Assembly (NCBI RefSeq): GCF_030144855.1
Contig: NC_082706.1
Span: 117,738,001-117,802,000 of the forward strand
DNA from: Hypanus sabinus
Taxonomy: Eukaryota
DNA: 64,000 bases
Direction of reading: 5' to 3'
Shown here piece after piece: positions 12,265 to 23,700 of this stretch; the first letter of the stretch is position 1; each line of letters opens with the position of its first letter. Below the pieces are notes generated by a model. The model saw nothing but the letters and a program-made list of their open reading frames with translations. It made no database searches and was not told the DNA's origin. The position numbers were made by a program, and so were the translations under genes.

Positions 12265-15200
12265 GTGAAACTCCTTTTTACCAGGCGTCTCAAGAAACAT
12301 GGATCATTAACCCCTAGCTAACAGCCTCTGGACTCAGCAGTGGGAAAGCCATCTTTCTCAAACTCTATACATCTAGGGTTGGTATGACTTGGGAAGTTGG
12401 GATGTTTCGACCACCCGAGCCCTGATCTGAAAGAACCCACATGCAATTATCTGTCAGCAAGAAATAACAGATTATACATTGCATGCAATTATAAAGAAGG
12501 TGTATTTAAGAATGTCAACTTTATCATTTATTGTAGAAAAAAGAAAAAGAAAGAAAGAAAACGGCTCATTATAGTTAAACCAGTCAAGTGTGCACAAGAT
12601 TGGAATTCAGACTTTCCAAAAGCTGGATGCATGCTTTTACTCATGGTGCCAACTTCTATTCACTGATCACCGGTAGAACTTCCCATCTTGGACTCCATTG
12701 AATTACACACTCCAGCTGGATTGAATCCTATGGCCTGTTCTCTTGAGTTTCTTCTCTGTCCATCTCCCACCGAAAAGACTTCAACCTACTCCAGTGTCTG
12801 TCACAAAACCTCTCCGCCCAGCTTTCTCTAGAACCTTCTCCCAATTCCACCATCTTGGTTGACTGACCCGACATTCCTAAGTCGAACATCACAATCCCTA
12901 ATCTTTAACTAACACAAACTCAATTAACAGAACACACTGCTTCTACAAAAAAACATTAAATGAAATACCCTACAACAGCAGCAGCAAAATCATAACCAGG
13001 GTGTTACAAGTAGAAGGGACAGAAATTCAAAAATGGGGTGAGGGTAGAAGATGCTGTAGGAAGCTGTGAAGTTTGTGGGGATGTGCATGTGTGTGTGTGC
13101 GAGAGGAAGAGATGCACTCTTACTAGTGGAAGCACACATTGATAGTATTGTGTGGCATGAAATTCCTTCCAATCTTACTCACTGAGTTATCTCCCACTGG
13201 GCTGCTGTTCTTGTAATCCTAGTGGATCTTCTAGCCACCTCTGGGACACAGGAAAACTTTCATTGTATTAATTTCACTGATGAGCCCGTCACTGTTCCTC
13301 ACTGTAAATTATGGAACTGCCTCTCTCTTTCTCCCCTGCTAGCATCTCAATTCTAAATGCTAGCCTCAATGTTTGTTGCTGTGGATAGTGTACCTTTAAG
13401 AACTGACCTACTGTACTGCTTTCTGCTGAACAAATTGTTGCTAATTGCACAAAACTTAGCCTGGCCCCTTTGTAGAATGTGTGTGTCACATTTTCAACAC
13501 ATCCTTTGAGTGTAAATTACACTAAAGCTCTGTACACTTGCTATTATTTTGAGGGATACTCAATTCACTACTGGCATTAAATTTAACAATGTTTGACAGC
13601 ATCAATAATAGGTGCCATCCAGTTATAAGACAACATTCTTGTCAGTTGTTCTGTCCCAATTTCTGTTCCTTCTGGAGAAGTTGCGCTGAAATATCTATCT
13701 GTTTAGTGGATTTAAATAAAGACGTGTCCTTTTGTGATAAAAGACTACAGGCCATCTGATACAGACCAGAGAACTCCACCCCTCTTTTCTTTTCATATTG
13801 CTGGTATATATTTTGATTTACATTTTATTTACAGTGTTTTATTTGCAACTTTTTGATTTAATCTGTTCAGATCAGAACAGAGCCAAGTGTTGATCATCCA
13901 AACTGTTTAATCTCCTGATGAAAGATACTGTGGAAGATTTTCCTCATGCCAACCTGCTTTATCCGTTCAAAGCCACAGTGTGAAATGCACAATCTAGCCT
14001 GATGTTTTAAATTATTCATTACGAAGATGTTTTTTTTTCCCCAGTCATGGTATTACTATGCTGACAGAAGCTCAGAAACCATCTTGTTCCACAACACTCA
14101 ACAATCCAAATTCATGCTCATCTTTCCAAACCTAAATCCTGTTCTAAATCAGATATCTCTGCAGCAGGAGGTTGCAGGGTGAGTTGGAGACAATTCCATG
14201 TGGACTTTTCGCACCAGTTTTATAAAGCAAATGGGGATTGTTAGGATTTGTCTGCAGAGTGGGAGACAGTGGGGAAAGTTGGAGACATTTCCTTGTGGAC
14301 TTTATGTGCCAGTTTTAAAATGAGAGCAAGGCCTGTTAGGAGTTGCTTGGATTAATAGTAGCTAGGATTAATTAGCAAGTGCAAATAAAAAAAAGCAAGG
14401 TTTAAGTGGAGCGGCTATTGTTGGATCAGGCCAGTGTTAGAGTGGTCAGGTTTTCGGCTTAACAGGCTTGGACAAGAACAGGCACAAGCTAGAACTTAAG
14501 TTTGAGAAGTTAGAGGCTCAAGAACTGTAGGCAAGATGGTAGTTCAAGCAGTGGAATGCTCCTTCTGTGAGATGTGGGGTTTCATGGTACCTAATGCTCC
14601 TCTTGCTGACTACACCTGCAGGAAGTGAACCCAATCTTAGCTCATGACTGACAAGGTCAGGGAACTGGATCTGGAGCTGGATGCACTCAGAACCATTAAG
14701 GTGGCTGACAATTTCATAGATGAGTCTGTTAGTGATGTGTTTACACCAAGCGTGCAGGCTTCAGAGAGTAGACAGGTCACCACCAGCAGAACTAAGGGGA
14801 GTTGGCATTCAGGGCAGCATTCTCCTGTGACCATTCCCTTCAGCAACAAGTACAACACTTTTGATTCTGCTGATGGAAATAACCTTTCGAGGCAAAGCAG
14901 CAGCAGTCAGGCCAGTGGGATTGGGGCTTGCTCTGAGGCTCAGCAGTGAAGAGTAAAGCTAGGTAGATCAGTAGTGACAGAAGACTCGATGTGCAGCAGA
15001 TTCTGTGGCAACATAAAAGAAGCCAAGAAGCCAAGATTCACTCCCAAGTACTAGGGTCCTGATGGGAGTTATATACAGGACCCCGAACAGTAGCCGGGAT
15101 ATGGAATATACATTTCAATGGGAAATAGTAAAGGCATGTAATAAGGGCAATGTTGCGAAAGTTATTTGGGGATTTCAATATGCAGGTAGATTGGGATAAT

Positions 15201-17072
15201 CATGTTGCTGATTGATCTTTAGAGAAGGAATTTGTAGAATGCCTATGAGATGTATTTTTAGAGCAGCTTGTGGTCAAGTCCACACAGAAGAAGGCAATTC
15301 GGGATTGGGGATTGTGTAATGAACCAAATTTGATTTGGGAGTTTAAAGTAAAACAACCCTTAGGAGGCAGTGATCACAACATGATAGAATTCACCCTGAT
15401 GTTTGAGAGGGAGAAGATAAAGTCAGATGTATCAGTATTACAGTGTAGTAAAAGGTATTACAGAGTAGGACAGAGGCTCTGGCCAAAGTTGATTGGAAGG
15501 GGACATTAGCAGGGATGACAGCATAGCAGAGATGGCTGGGGTTTCTGGGGCAATTGGAAAAGCGCAGGATAGATACATCCCAAAGATGAAGAAATATTCT
15601 AAAAGGAGAATGAGGCAACCATAGCTGACAAAAGAAGCCAAAACAGTATGAAAGTAAAAGGCAAGGAATATAATATAGAAAAAATAGTGGAAAGTTAAAG
15701 GATTGGGAAGCTTCAAAGGCAACTAAAAAAAAATGACAGAAAAGATGAACTATGAAGGTAAGCTATCCAATAATATCAAAGAGAATACCAAAAGCATTCT
15801 CAGAAGTTTAGAGTAAAAGCAAGGTAAGAGTGAATACTGGACCACTAGAAAGGTAGTAATGGGATACAAAGGCCTGGAGGATGAACTTAATAAGTATTTT
15901 GCGTCAGTTTTCACTGTGGAAGATTATATGCCAGAAAATGTCATGGTAGAAATGAGTGTAGTTGTTGTTACTAAGGAGACAGTGTTTGGGAGGCTGAATG
16001 TACTGAACAAAAATCATCTGGACCAGATGGACTACTCTCAGGGTTCTGAAAGAGGTAGCCAAAGAGATTGTGGTTGCATTAATAATGTCTTTCAAGTTTC
16101 AGTAGATGCTGGAATGGTTAAGAACAGCTGGAAAATTGCAAAGGTTAAGCCTTACTTTAAGAAGTGATGGACACAGAAGGAAGGAATTTATAGGACAGTT
16201 GGGCTATCTTCAGTGGTTGGAAACGTCAGGAAGGTGTTAGAGAGGGCTATCAAGGATGAGGCTGGAGGGTACTTGGAAAAATTGTTAAATATGTCAAAGT
16301 TACCATGGTTTTCTTTATGGGAAATCTTGTCTGAAAGATCTATTGGAATTGTTTGAGGAAATAACAGACAAGAGGGAGCGAATGAATATTGTTTACTTGG
16401 ATTTTCAAAAGGCCTTCAACAAGGTGCCACATATGAAACTGCTTAACATGATAAGTGCACATGCTATTACAGGAAAGATACTAGTATGAATAGAAAATTG
16501 GCTGATTGGCAGGAGGCGAGTCTTGCCAAAGGATTTGGAACAAATCCTTTGAAACAAAGGATGCCATCTCTGGTTGGCTGCCAATGATCAGTGATATTCT
16601 GTAAGGGTCAGTATTGGAACAACTTCTTTTCACATTATATGTCAATGACTTGGATGATCGAAGTTTGCAGACAATACAAAGATAATTGGAGGGGCAGGTA
16701 GTGTTTAGGAAGCAGGGATTCTGAAGAAGGACCTCAACAGGTTGGGAGAATGGACAAAAGAGTGGCAGATGGAATACAGAGAAGTGCATAGTCATGAACT
16801 TCGATACATTATTTTCTAAACAGGGAAAATTTTCAAAGATCAGAGGTGTTAAGAGGCTTGAGAGTCCTTTGCTGGATTCCATAAATGTTAACTTGCAGGT
16901 GTTACGTGAACAAAGTCACCAGAAAGATGTAGCTGGATGATATGGAGTATTTTTTTATTCAACAAAATTGAGACCCTTTTGGAGGAAGAAGCCTGCTTGG
17001 CTGACCTCTACGTGACATTTTACATGCAAACAATCGAAGGACAATTCCAAATTTACAATGAAATTCTCACAC

Positions 17073-18026
17073 CAACACAAGAAAATCTGCAAATGCTGGA
17101 AGTACAAAGTAACACACACGAAATTCTGGAGGAACTCAGCATTGGAGGAAGCAGGAAGCAGTAACTTAGCATCCCCCTCCACCAATTGGATCCCACTACC
17201 AACATATCTTTTCTCCGCCCTCACTTTCTGCTTTCCACAGGATTTGCTCCTATATGACACCCTTGTCCCCTTGTCCCTTCCTACTGATCTCACTCCCAGC
17301 ACTTATCCTTGCAAACAGAACAGTGCCACACCTGCCCCGACAGCTCCTCCCTTACTACCATTCAGGACCCCAAGTAGTCCTTCCAGGTGAGGTGACATTT
17401 CATTTGCGAGTCTGTTAGGGTTATCCACTGTTCCAGTTTTGCCCCCTCTATATTGGTGAGACACGATGTAGATTGGGAGACCACTTCGCTGAACCGCAAA
17501 ATCGGGATTTCCCATTGGCTACCCATTTCAATACTATTTCCCATTCTGACATGTCAGTCCATGGCCTCCTCTACTGCTGCGTTGACACTACACTCAGGTT
17601 GGAGGAAGAACACCTTATATTCCATCTGGCTAGCCTCCAACCTGATGGGATGAATATTGATTTCTCAAACTTCCAGTAATTGTCCATCCCATGCTTAATC
17701 ATTCCTTATTCCTTTTTCCTCTTTCACCTTATCTCCTTACCTGGTCTCCTCCCCCCTTCCCTTTCTTCCATGGCCTTCTGTCTTCTCATATTGGATTTTC
17801 CCTTCTTTATCTCTTTTACCAATCAACACTCCAGGTCTTTACTTCACCTCTCCCCCTCTCCTGGCTTCACCTTGCATGGCTTCTTTCCCTCCCTCCACCT
17901 TCTTAATCTGACTTCACTTCTTCCTTTCCAGTCCTGATGAAAGTTCTCAGTCCTAAATGTCGACTGTTTACTTTTTTCCATAGATGCTGCCGGGCCTCCT
18001 GAGTTCCTCCAGTATTTTCTGTGTAT
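17073..18026 (+). mobile_element. Older Penelope-like element: short inverted 5' end plus GIY-YIG 3' part
   Basis: Remnants GDHFAE..NRDFPLATHFNTISHSDMSVHGLLYC...LRLEEEHLIFHLASLQPDGMNIDFSNF; 17073-17141 is the reverse complement of the 3' end; TSD ~aaat(t)ctcaca. Confidence 0.85.
17929..17966 (+). ncRNA. Degenerate hammerhead ribozyme (PLE)
   Basis: CAGTC-CTGATGA-...-TAAA-TGTC-GACTG; stem I CAGTC/GACTG intact, GAAA and stem II decayed. Confidence 0.6.
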
Positions 18027-18349
18027 AAATCTCACAGCCCCTCTTCACACCCACACTTCAGACAATGTTAATCAACATTGTCTGGTCCTTCAATCAACTA
18101 CTGCTTTCACAGCTCAAGGATCCCATTATCCAGAGATGCATTTTAAATTCAATCTACAGTCCAAATTCAGTTCCAAAGATTGGTGGCGTAAGTTATTTGC
18201 TAAATGTCCTAACCCCTAAAAAATGCCGTAACACAGGTTGAGTTCTTAGTGAGGAAGGCAAATACATTTCAAGAGGACTAGAATATAAAAGCAAGCATGT
18301 GTTGCTGAGGCATTGTTCAGACAGCACTTGGAGTATTGTGAGCAGTTTT

Positions 18350-18532
18350 TTTAAATTTTATTTATAAAGCATGGAGTAGGTCCTTCTGGTCCTTTAAGCC
18401 ATGCTGCCCCAGCAATCTCCAACAAACCCATTTAACCCTCACCTAATCACAGGACAATTTGCAATGACCAACCGGTACATTGTTGGTCTGTGGGAAGAAA
18501 CTGGAACTCCCAGGGAAAACCGACACATTCCA
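18350..18532 (-). mobile_element. V-SINE/HE1-like tRNA SINE fragment
   Basis: Reverse complement of the V-domain core (gtgtcggttttccctgggagttccagtttcttcccacagaccaa) with a CR1-like tail. Confidence 0.7.
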
Positions 18533-18844
18533 AGGTTTTGGTTCCCTTATCTAAGGAAAGTAGTTCTGACATTCAAGAGCATTCAGAGGAATTTTACAAG
18601 AATAATTCCAGGAATAAAAGGATTAACATGTGAGGTGCATCAGATAGCTCTGTGCCTGAACTCACTGGAGCTTGGAAGAATGAGAAGGGATCTCATTGAA
18701 ACCTATTGAATATTGAAAGGCCTAGAGAGAAATGGGTATTTCCTATACTGTTGAGTCTAGGAGCAGAGAGCACAACCTCAGAGGGATGTCAATTTTGAAC
18801 AGAGATGAAAAGGAATTTTAATTTCATTTTATTATATATTGAAC

Positions 18845-19068
18845 CTTGCTATCCCAAGAACCCCCGCCAACCCTGAATTAATCCTAATTTAATCATGGGA
18901 CAATTAACCTACGTCTGTGGACCATGAGAGGAAACCGGAGCAGATGGGAAAAACCCACACATTCCATGGGGAGGAGGTATAGAGACTCCTTATTGAAGAC
19001 ACTGGATTTGCATACCAAGTTCTGATGCCCCAGGCTGTAATGTTGTTGCACTAAGCCATGCCCGTGGT
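18845..19068 (-). mobile_element. V-SINE/HE1-like SINE
   Basis: gaggaaaccggagca...gaaaaacccacac core and tRNA-like head on the minus strand. Confidence 0.7.
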
Positions 19069-19315
19069 GTGGCATCACAGTGACATAGTAGAGCAACACT
19101 ATTACAGCTTAGGGCATTGGAGCCCAACATTTATTTACAACATCTGTGAGGAGTCTGTATGTTTTCCCCATGGAATATGTGGGTTTTCTCTGGGTCCCAC
19201 AGCCCAAAGGTGTTCCGTATAGCAGATTAATAGGTCATTGTAAATCAGGCTAAATTGGGGGTTGCTGGGCAATGCGTCTCAAAGGGCCTATTCCACTCTG
19301 TATCTCAGTATATAA
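19069..19315 (+). mobile_element. V-SINE/HE1-like SINE, head-to-head with the previous copy
   Basis: gtgggttttctctgg..cccacagcccaaagg core; tail aagggcctattccactctgtatctc. Confidence 0.7.
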
Positions 19316-20739
19316 ATTTCTTTAGCCTGAGGGTAGTGAATCTGTGGAATACATTGCCATGTATGGCCATGGAGGCCAAGTCACTAAACATACGTAAAAC
19401 AAGAGGTTGATAGTTTTTTGCTTGGTCAGGATGTCAAAGGTTACAGGGAGAAGGCAGGAGAATGGGATTGAGAGGGATAATAAATCAGCTATGATGGAAT
19501 GGTGGAATAGACTCAATGGGCCAAGTGGCCTAATTCTGCTCCTATATCTTATATTCTTATTCAAGCAGACATTTTGTTTTCATAAATGCAAATTTCACTG
19601 AAACTGTGATGAGAGAAAAAAAACGCTTCATCTTTTTTGGATACAATATACTTTGTCCCTTTCCTAAATTAACTGATATTCTCCTTTAAGTCACTTGTTT
19701 GCATCAGTGTTAAGGTGTTCTTTTAATTATGCTTGCTGCCACACATTACCATCATTACTTGGTGAAAATCTGTTTCTCTGACAGCTGGATTTAATGAAGC
19801 TGGCAAGTTTATTTTGGTATTACAGCTGGCTGTGTGAGAGCTGTGCCAAGGGGACAGAGCTGGAGCAAAACAATAAAACAGTGGAAAAGCATCTGAAGCC
19901 TTTGCATGATTTGCCTTTACCTTTACAGTGAGAAAAGGGGATAAGGCAATTACTTTATCTGCTAGGCAACCTCACCTCTATCAATAACCCGAATGTGTCT
20001 GAGCTCATTAACACGCTTCGCATTCAGCTATACTACCCTTACAGAACTTTTATCAGAAGGCACTTCTAAAAGGTATTTAAATGTCATTTTCAGAGAGAAG
20101 CTTTATTTTCCAGTATTTTCAGGATTTTGAATGAACAATTTAAGTTTACTGCTTAGCATTTCTTATCAGTGAGCTGCAAGTTCAGAAAATGCAGTTCTCA
20201 GTTTCAGAATTGGAAAACAGCCCATTTTTTTCATGCCTCCCCATGCGAAATATTTCTACCCCATAACTGTTCTTTAATAGATTCTATTGGGTTTCTTTGT
20301 TTTGTAAAAGGCAAGCCTTAAGGTTGTATATAGCACACATACTTTGATAATAAATGTACTTTGAACTTTGATAGGAGTTAAAATCAGGTGCGTAGTTATA
20401 GATATTGTAAAGGACAACTGATATATTAAAGACATCAGGGAAGTTTGGTTAGACTGAAATGAGCCTTTGCATTACATATTTATTAGTCATTACTGAAGAT
20501 AATTTAGTTTACTCCAAACATCAGCTGTCCGTTTCCTAAATTGCTCCAACACATGTTCAACAATTGACCACCATTGCCTGCTGATTTGGCAGAACTTCAG
20601 TTTTGAAATTGTTATTCACATTTTCAAATCCAGTTTGTGGCATCTCTCCTCGATATCAGCATCATTATATAATGAGTCTTCCACTTCTGGCATTTTTTAG
20701 ACCCTCGATTGCTACCTGTTCATTAACATCCATCACATG

Positions 20740-20858
20740 GAGACACACATGACTTGAAAATGCTGGAAACTGGAGCAACACACAAAAAGCCGAAGGAACT
20801 CTATGGGTCAGGCAGCAGAATAGACAGTTGACATTTTGGGTCAAGGTCCTTCATCTTG
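20740..20858 (-). mobile_element. Short PLE pLTR/tail remnant with eroded hammerhead
   Basis: atgctggaaactggagcaacacacaaa...ggaactc...ggtcaggcagca...gttgacattttgggtcaaggtccttcatc is homologous to the PLE termini at 4312-4440. Confidence 0.65.
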
Positions 20859-21098
20859 GTACATCTGTCATGCCTTCAGTTATATAGACTTTAAGTTCTA
20901 GCATTCTTTCTCTAAGTACCTTCAAGCCTCTTTCATTCTGCCCTCTTGGAAACCTCTTGTCCTAATGTCCAGCTGTGTTGCAATGTCAAAATAAACTTGG
21001 TAATATTCTAATGAAATAATAAGGGTCTTTTTTTATACTTCAACTAGGTTTAAGCATCGCTATAAATACAAATTGTTATTGTTATACGTTGAGGTCCA

Positions 21099-22830
21099 AG
21101 AATAAGACCATAAGACCATTAGATTTAGGAGCAGAAGTAGGCTTGTTGAGTCTGCTCCACCATTCTATCATGGGCTGATCCACTACATCCAGTCATCTCC
21201 ACTCCCCTGCTTTCACTCCATACCCGATGCCCTGGCTAATCAAGAACCTACCTATCTCCGCCTTAAATACACCCAATGACTTGGCCTCCACAGCAACTTG
21301 TGGCAACAAATTCCACCCTCAGAATAAAGTAATTTCTCCACATCTCAGTTCTAAAAGGATGTCCTTCAGTCCTGAAGTCATACCCTCTTGTCCTAGAATC
21401 CCCTACCACGGGAAAAAACTTTGCCATATCTAATCTGTTCAGGCCTTTTAAAATTTTGAACTGCTTCTATGAGAACCCCATAATTCTCCTGAACTCTAGT
21501 GAATACAGCCTAAGAGCTGCCAGACGTTCCTCATACAGCAACACTCGCATACCTGGAATCATTCTCGTGAAACTTCTCTGAACCCTCTCCAATGTCAGTA
21601 TATCTTTTCTAAAATAAGGAGCCCAAGACTGCAGACAATACTCCAAGTGTGGTCTCATGAGTGCCTTATAGAGTCTCAACGTCACATCCTGGCTCTTATA
21701 TTCTATACCTCTAGAAAGAAATACCAACATTGTATTCGCTTCTTCACAACTGACTCAACCTGCAGGTTAACCTTTAGGGTATCTTGCACAAAGACTCCCA
21801 AGTTCCATATACTATCTAAGTCTCTCTGGAGGCTCTCTGTTTCCTCAACACTACCCACTCCTCCACCCATCTTTGTATCATCAGCAAATCTAGCCACAAA
21901 TCCCTTAATACCGTAGTCCAAGTCATTGACATACATCGTAAATAGTAACGGTCCCAACACTGACCCCTGTGGAACTCCACTGTTAACCAGCAGCCAGCCA
22001 GAATAGGATCCCTTTATTCCCACTCTCTGTTTTCTGCCAAACAGCCAATGATCCACCCATGCTAGAAACTTCCCTGTAATTCCCTGGACTCTTATCTTGC
22101 TAAGCAGCCTCACAAGCAGTACCTTGTCAAAGGCTTTCTGAAAATCCAAGTACACCACGTCTACTGCATTCACTTGTCTAACCTGCTTGTAATTTCCTCA
22201 AAGAATTGCAGTAGTTTAGTCAGGCAGGATCTTCCTTTCAGGAAACCATACTGGCTTTGGCCAATCTTTTCATGTGCATCCAGGTACACCATAATCTCAT
22301 CCCTAACGATTGATTCCAACAACTTCCCAACCACTCTTGACAGGCTAACAGGTCTATAGTTTCCTTTATGCTGCCTCCCACCCTTCTTAAATAACGGAGG
22401 AACATTTGCAATTTTCCGGTCATCCGGTACAATGCCAGACTCCATCAATTCTTGAAAGATCATCGTTAATGCCTCCGCAATCTTTCCAGCTACTTCCTTC
22501 GGAACCCAAGGGTGCATTTCATCAGTTCCAGGAGATATATCCAATATCAGACCACTAAGCTTCCTGAGCACCTTCTCAGTCGTAATTTTCACTGCACAAA
22601 CCTCATTTCCCTGACACTCTTGAATGTCCGGTATACTGCAGACGTCTTCCACTGTGAAGACTGATACAAAATATGCATACAGTTCATCTGCCATCTCTGC
22701 GACTCTCATTACAATATCTACAGTGTCATTTATTATTGGTCCTATATCTACCCTCAACTCTCTTTTACCCTTTATGTACTTAAAAAAGTTTTTAGTGTCT
22801 TCTTTACCCTTTATATAATTTAAAAAAGTA
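21099..22830 (-). mobile_element. 5'-truncated CR1 LINE with an internal deletion near 21805
   Basis: ORFs 22170-22757, 21703-22173 and 21467-21730: NYRPVSL, YLDFQKAFDKV, GVPQGSVLGP, FADD, RPHLEYC; (ATGGTCTT)n tail. Confidence 0.92.
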
Positions 22831-23349
22831 GATAATCAATACAAGGAACTAGAGTTTGGAATAAACTTTCTTTTTATATTTTACCTAGTGCACTAACAAT
22901 CTCCTGAATAGAAATGTGAAGCTGGGCATAAAATTGCACTATACTGTTTTGCACATAACCTCATTTGCTAAAATAGGATCAGTATAGTTCCTGTTGTGAC
23001 CTATATATTGCCATTGCTACATAGACTGTTTGGAAGTGAGTTGACATTTATAGAAGGCTCCCCAAGGCAACTTCAGTACAACTCAGAAAGTACGGCAGGC
23101 AGTTGTTGCTTGGAGGAACACAGAATTCATCAATGAAACTGCCCCTCTCCCTGTATTAATGCTAATCTGATCTATTCTGGTGCCACAAGTGAACATATAG
23201 TAAAGGGATTAATGATTCCAGCACACAGCTAATGATAAGTTCCTAAACAATATCTGATCAATGAAAGGAGCAACTTAGATTAATCCCTTATAATGCTGAT
23301 CAATGGACACTGAGGGTGGAAATGTAGTTTGCTAGATATCAATGTCATA

Positions 23350-23700
23350 GGGTCATAGATTCATACTGCAGAGAAATAGGCCCTTTGACTCATCCTCCAT
23401 GCTGACCAATAAGTAACTCCATTTTTACTAATCAGATTCCTATCAGCTCCCCCCTAGATCCCTTCCCTCTAGACTCCATCCCTTAGCACCACACTTGGAC
23501 AATTTACAATCACTGAATAACCTACCTGCACATCTTTGAGATCTTGAAGAAAACTTACAAATTTGGTGGAAACTTTCTTGGTCATAGAATGAAAATTTAA
23601 ACTCCACATAGACAGACTCCACAAAGTCAGAATCAAACCTGGATCTGTGGCACTTTTGGCCAGTGACTCTACTAACTAAATAACAATGCTACCCAATTCC
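23350..23700 (-). mobile_element. Old tRNA-derived SINE (HE1/V-SINE-like)
   Basis: aaactccacatagacag...agaatcaaacctggatctgtggc (reverse complement of a B-box/core); CR1-like tail. Confidence 0.55.

Larger units (their letters stand above)
8113..13008 (-). mobile_element. Decayed Ty3/Gypsy LTR retrotransposon with PNMA-like gag
   Basis: 5'LTR ~12265-13008 (ends TGTTACA on +); partial 3'LTR ~8113-8440. Minus-strand remnants: PNMA-like gag (RRLRMF..., L.ESLKGLSAELVRSLKAENP), zinc knuckle CYNCGEDGRFKWEC, protease-like AIFDTSSQVT, RT DQYTIP..LSGVKWFCVLDLRSGFYQIPM and MPQGISGA.ATFQ, integrase C-terminus. Possible TSD tgtag/agtag. Confidence 0.85.
16900..18233 (-). mobile_element. Solo LTR (~380 bp without its nested PLE)
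   Basis: Ends TGTTACG...CGTAACA (7-bp inverted termini); 4-bp TSD cagg at 16896-16899 and 18234-18237; AATAAA on the minus strand. Confidence 0.75.
14165..19550 (+). mobile_element. Old, internally deleted, near full-length CR1 LINE carrying nested solo LTR, PLE and SINEs
   Basis: ORF1 remnant (VECSFCEMW...KVRELDLELDALRTIK.ADNFIDES); EN remnant LCNEPNLI...LGGSDHNMIEF; RT remnants; 3' end near 19550. Confidence 0.85.

Noticed and set aside
13277-13310. CTGATGAG motif resembling a hammerhead core
   Set aside because: No stem II followed by GAAA and no PLE context
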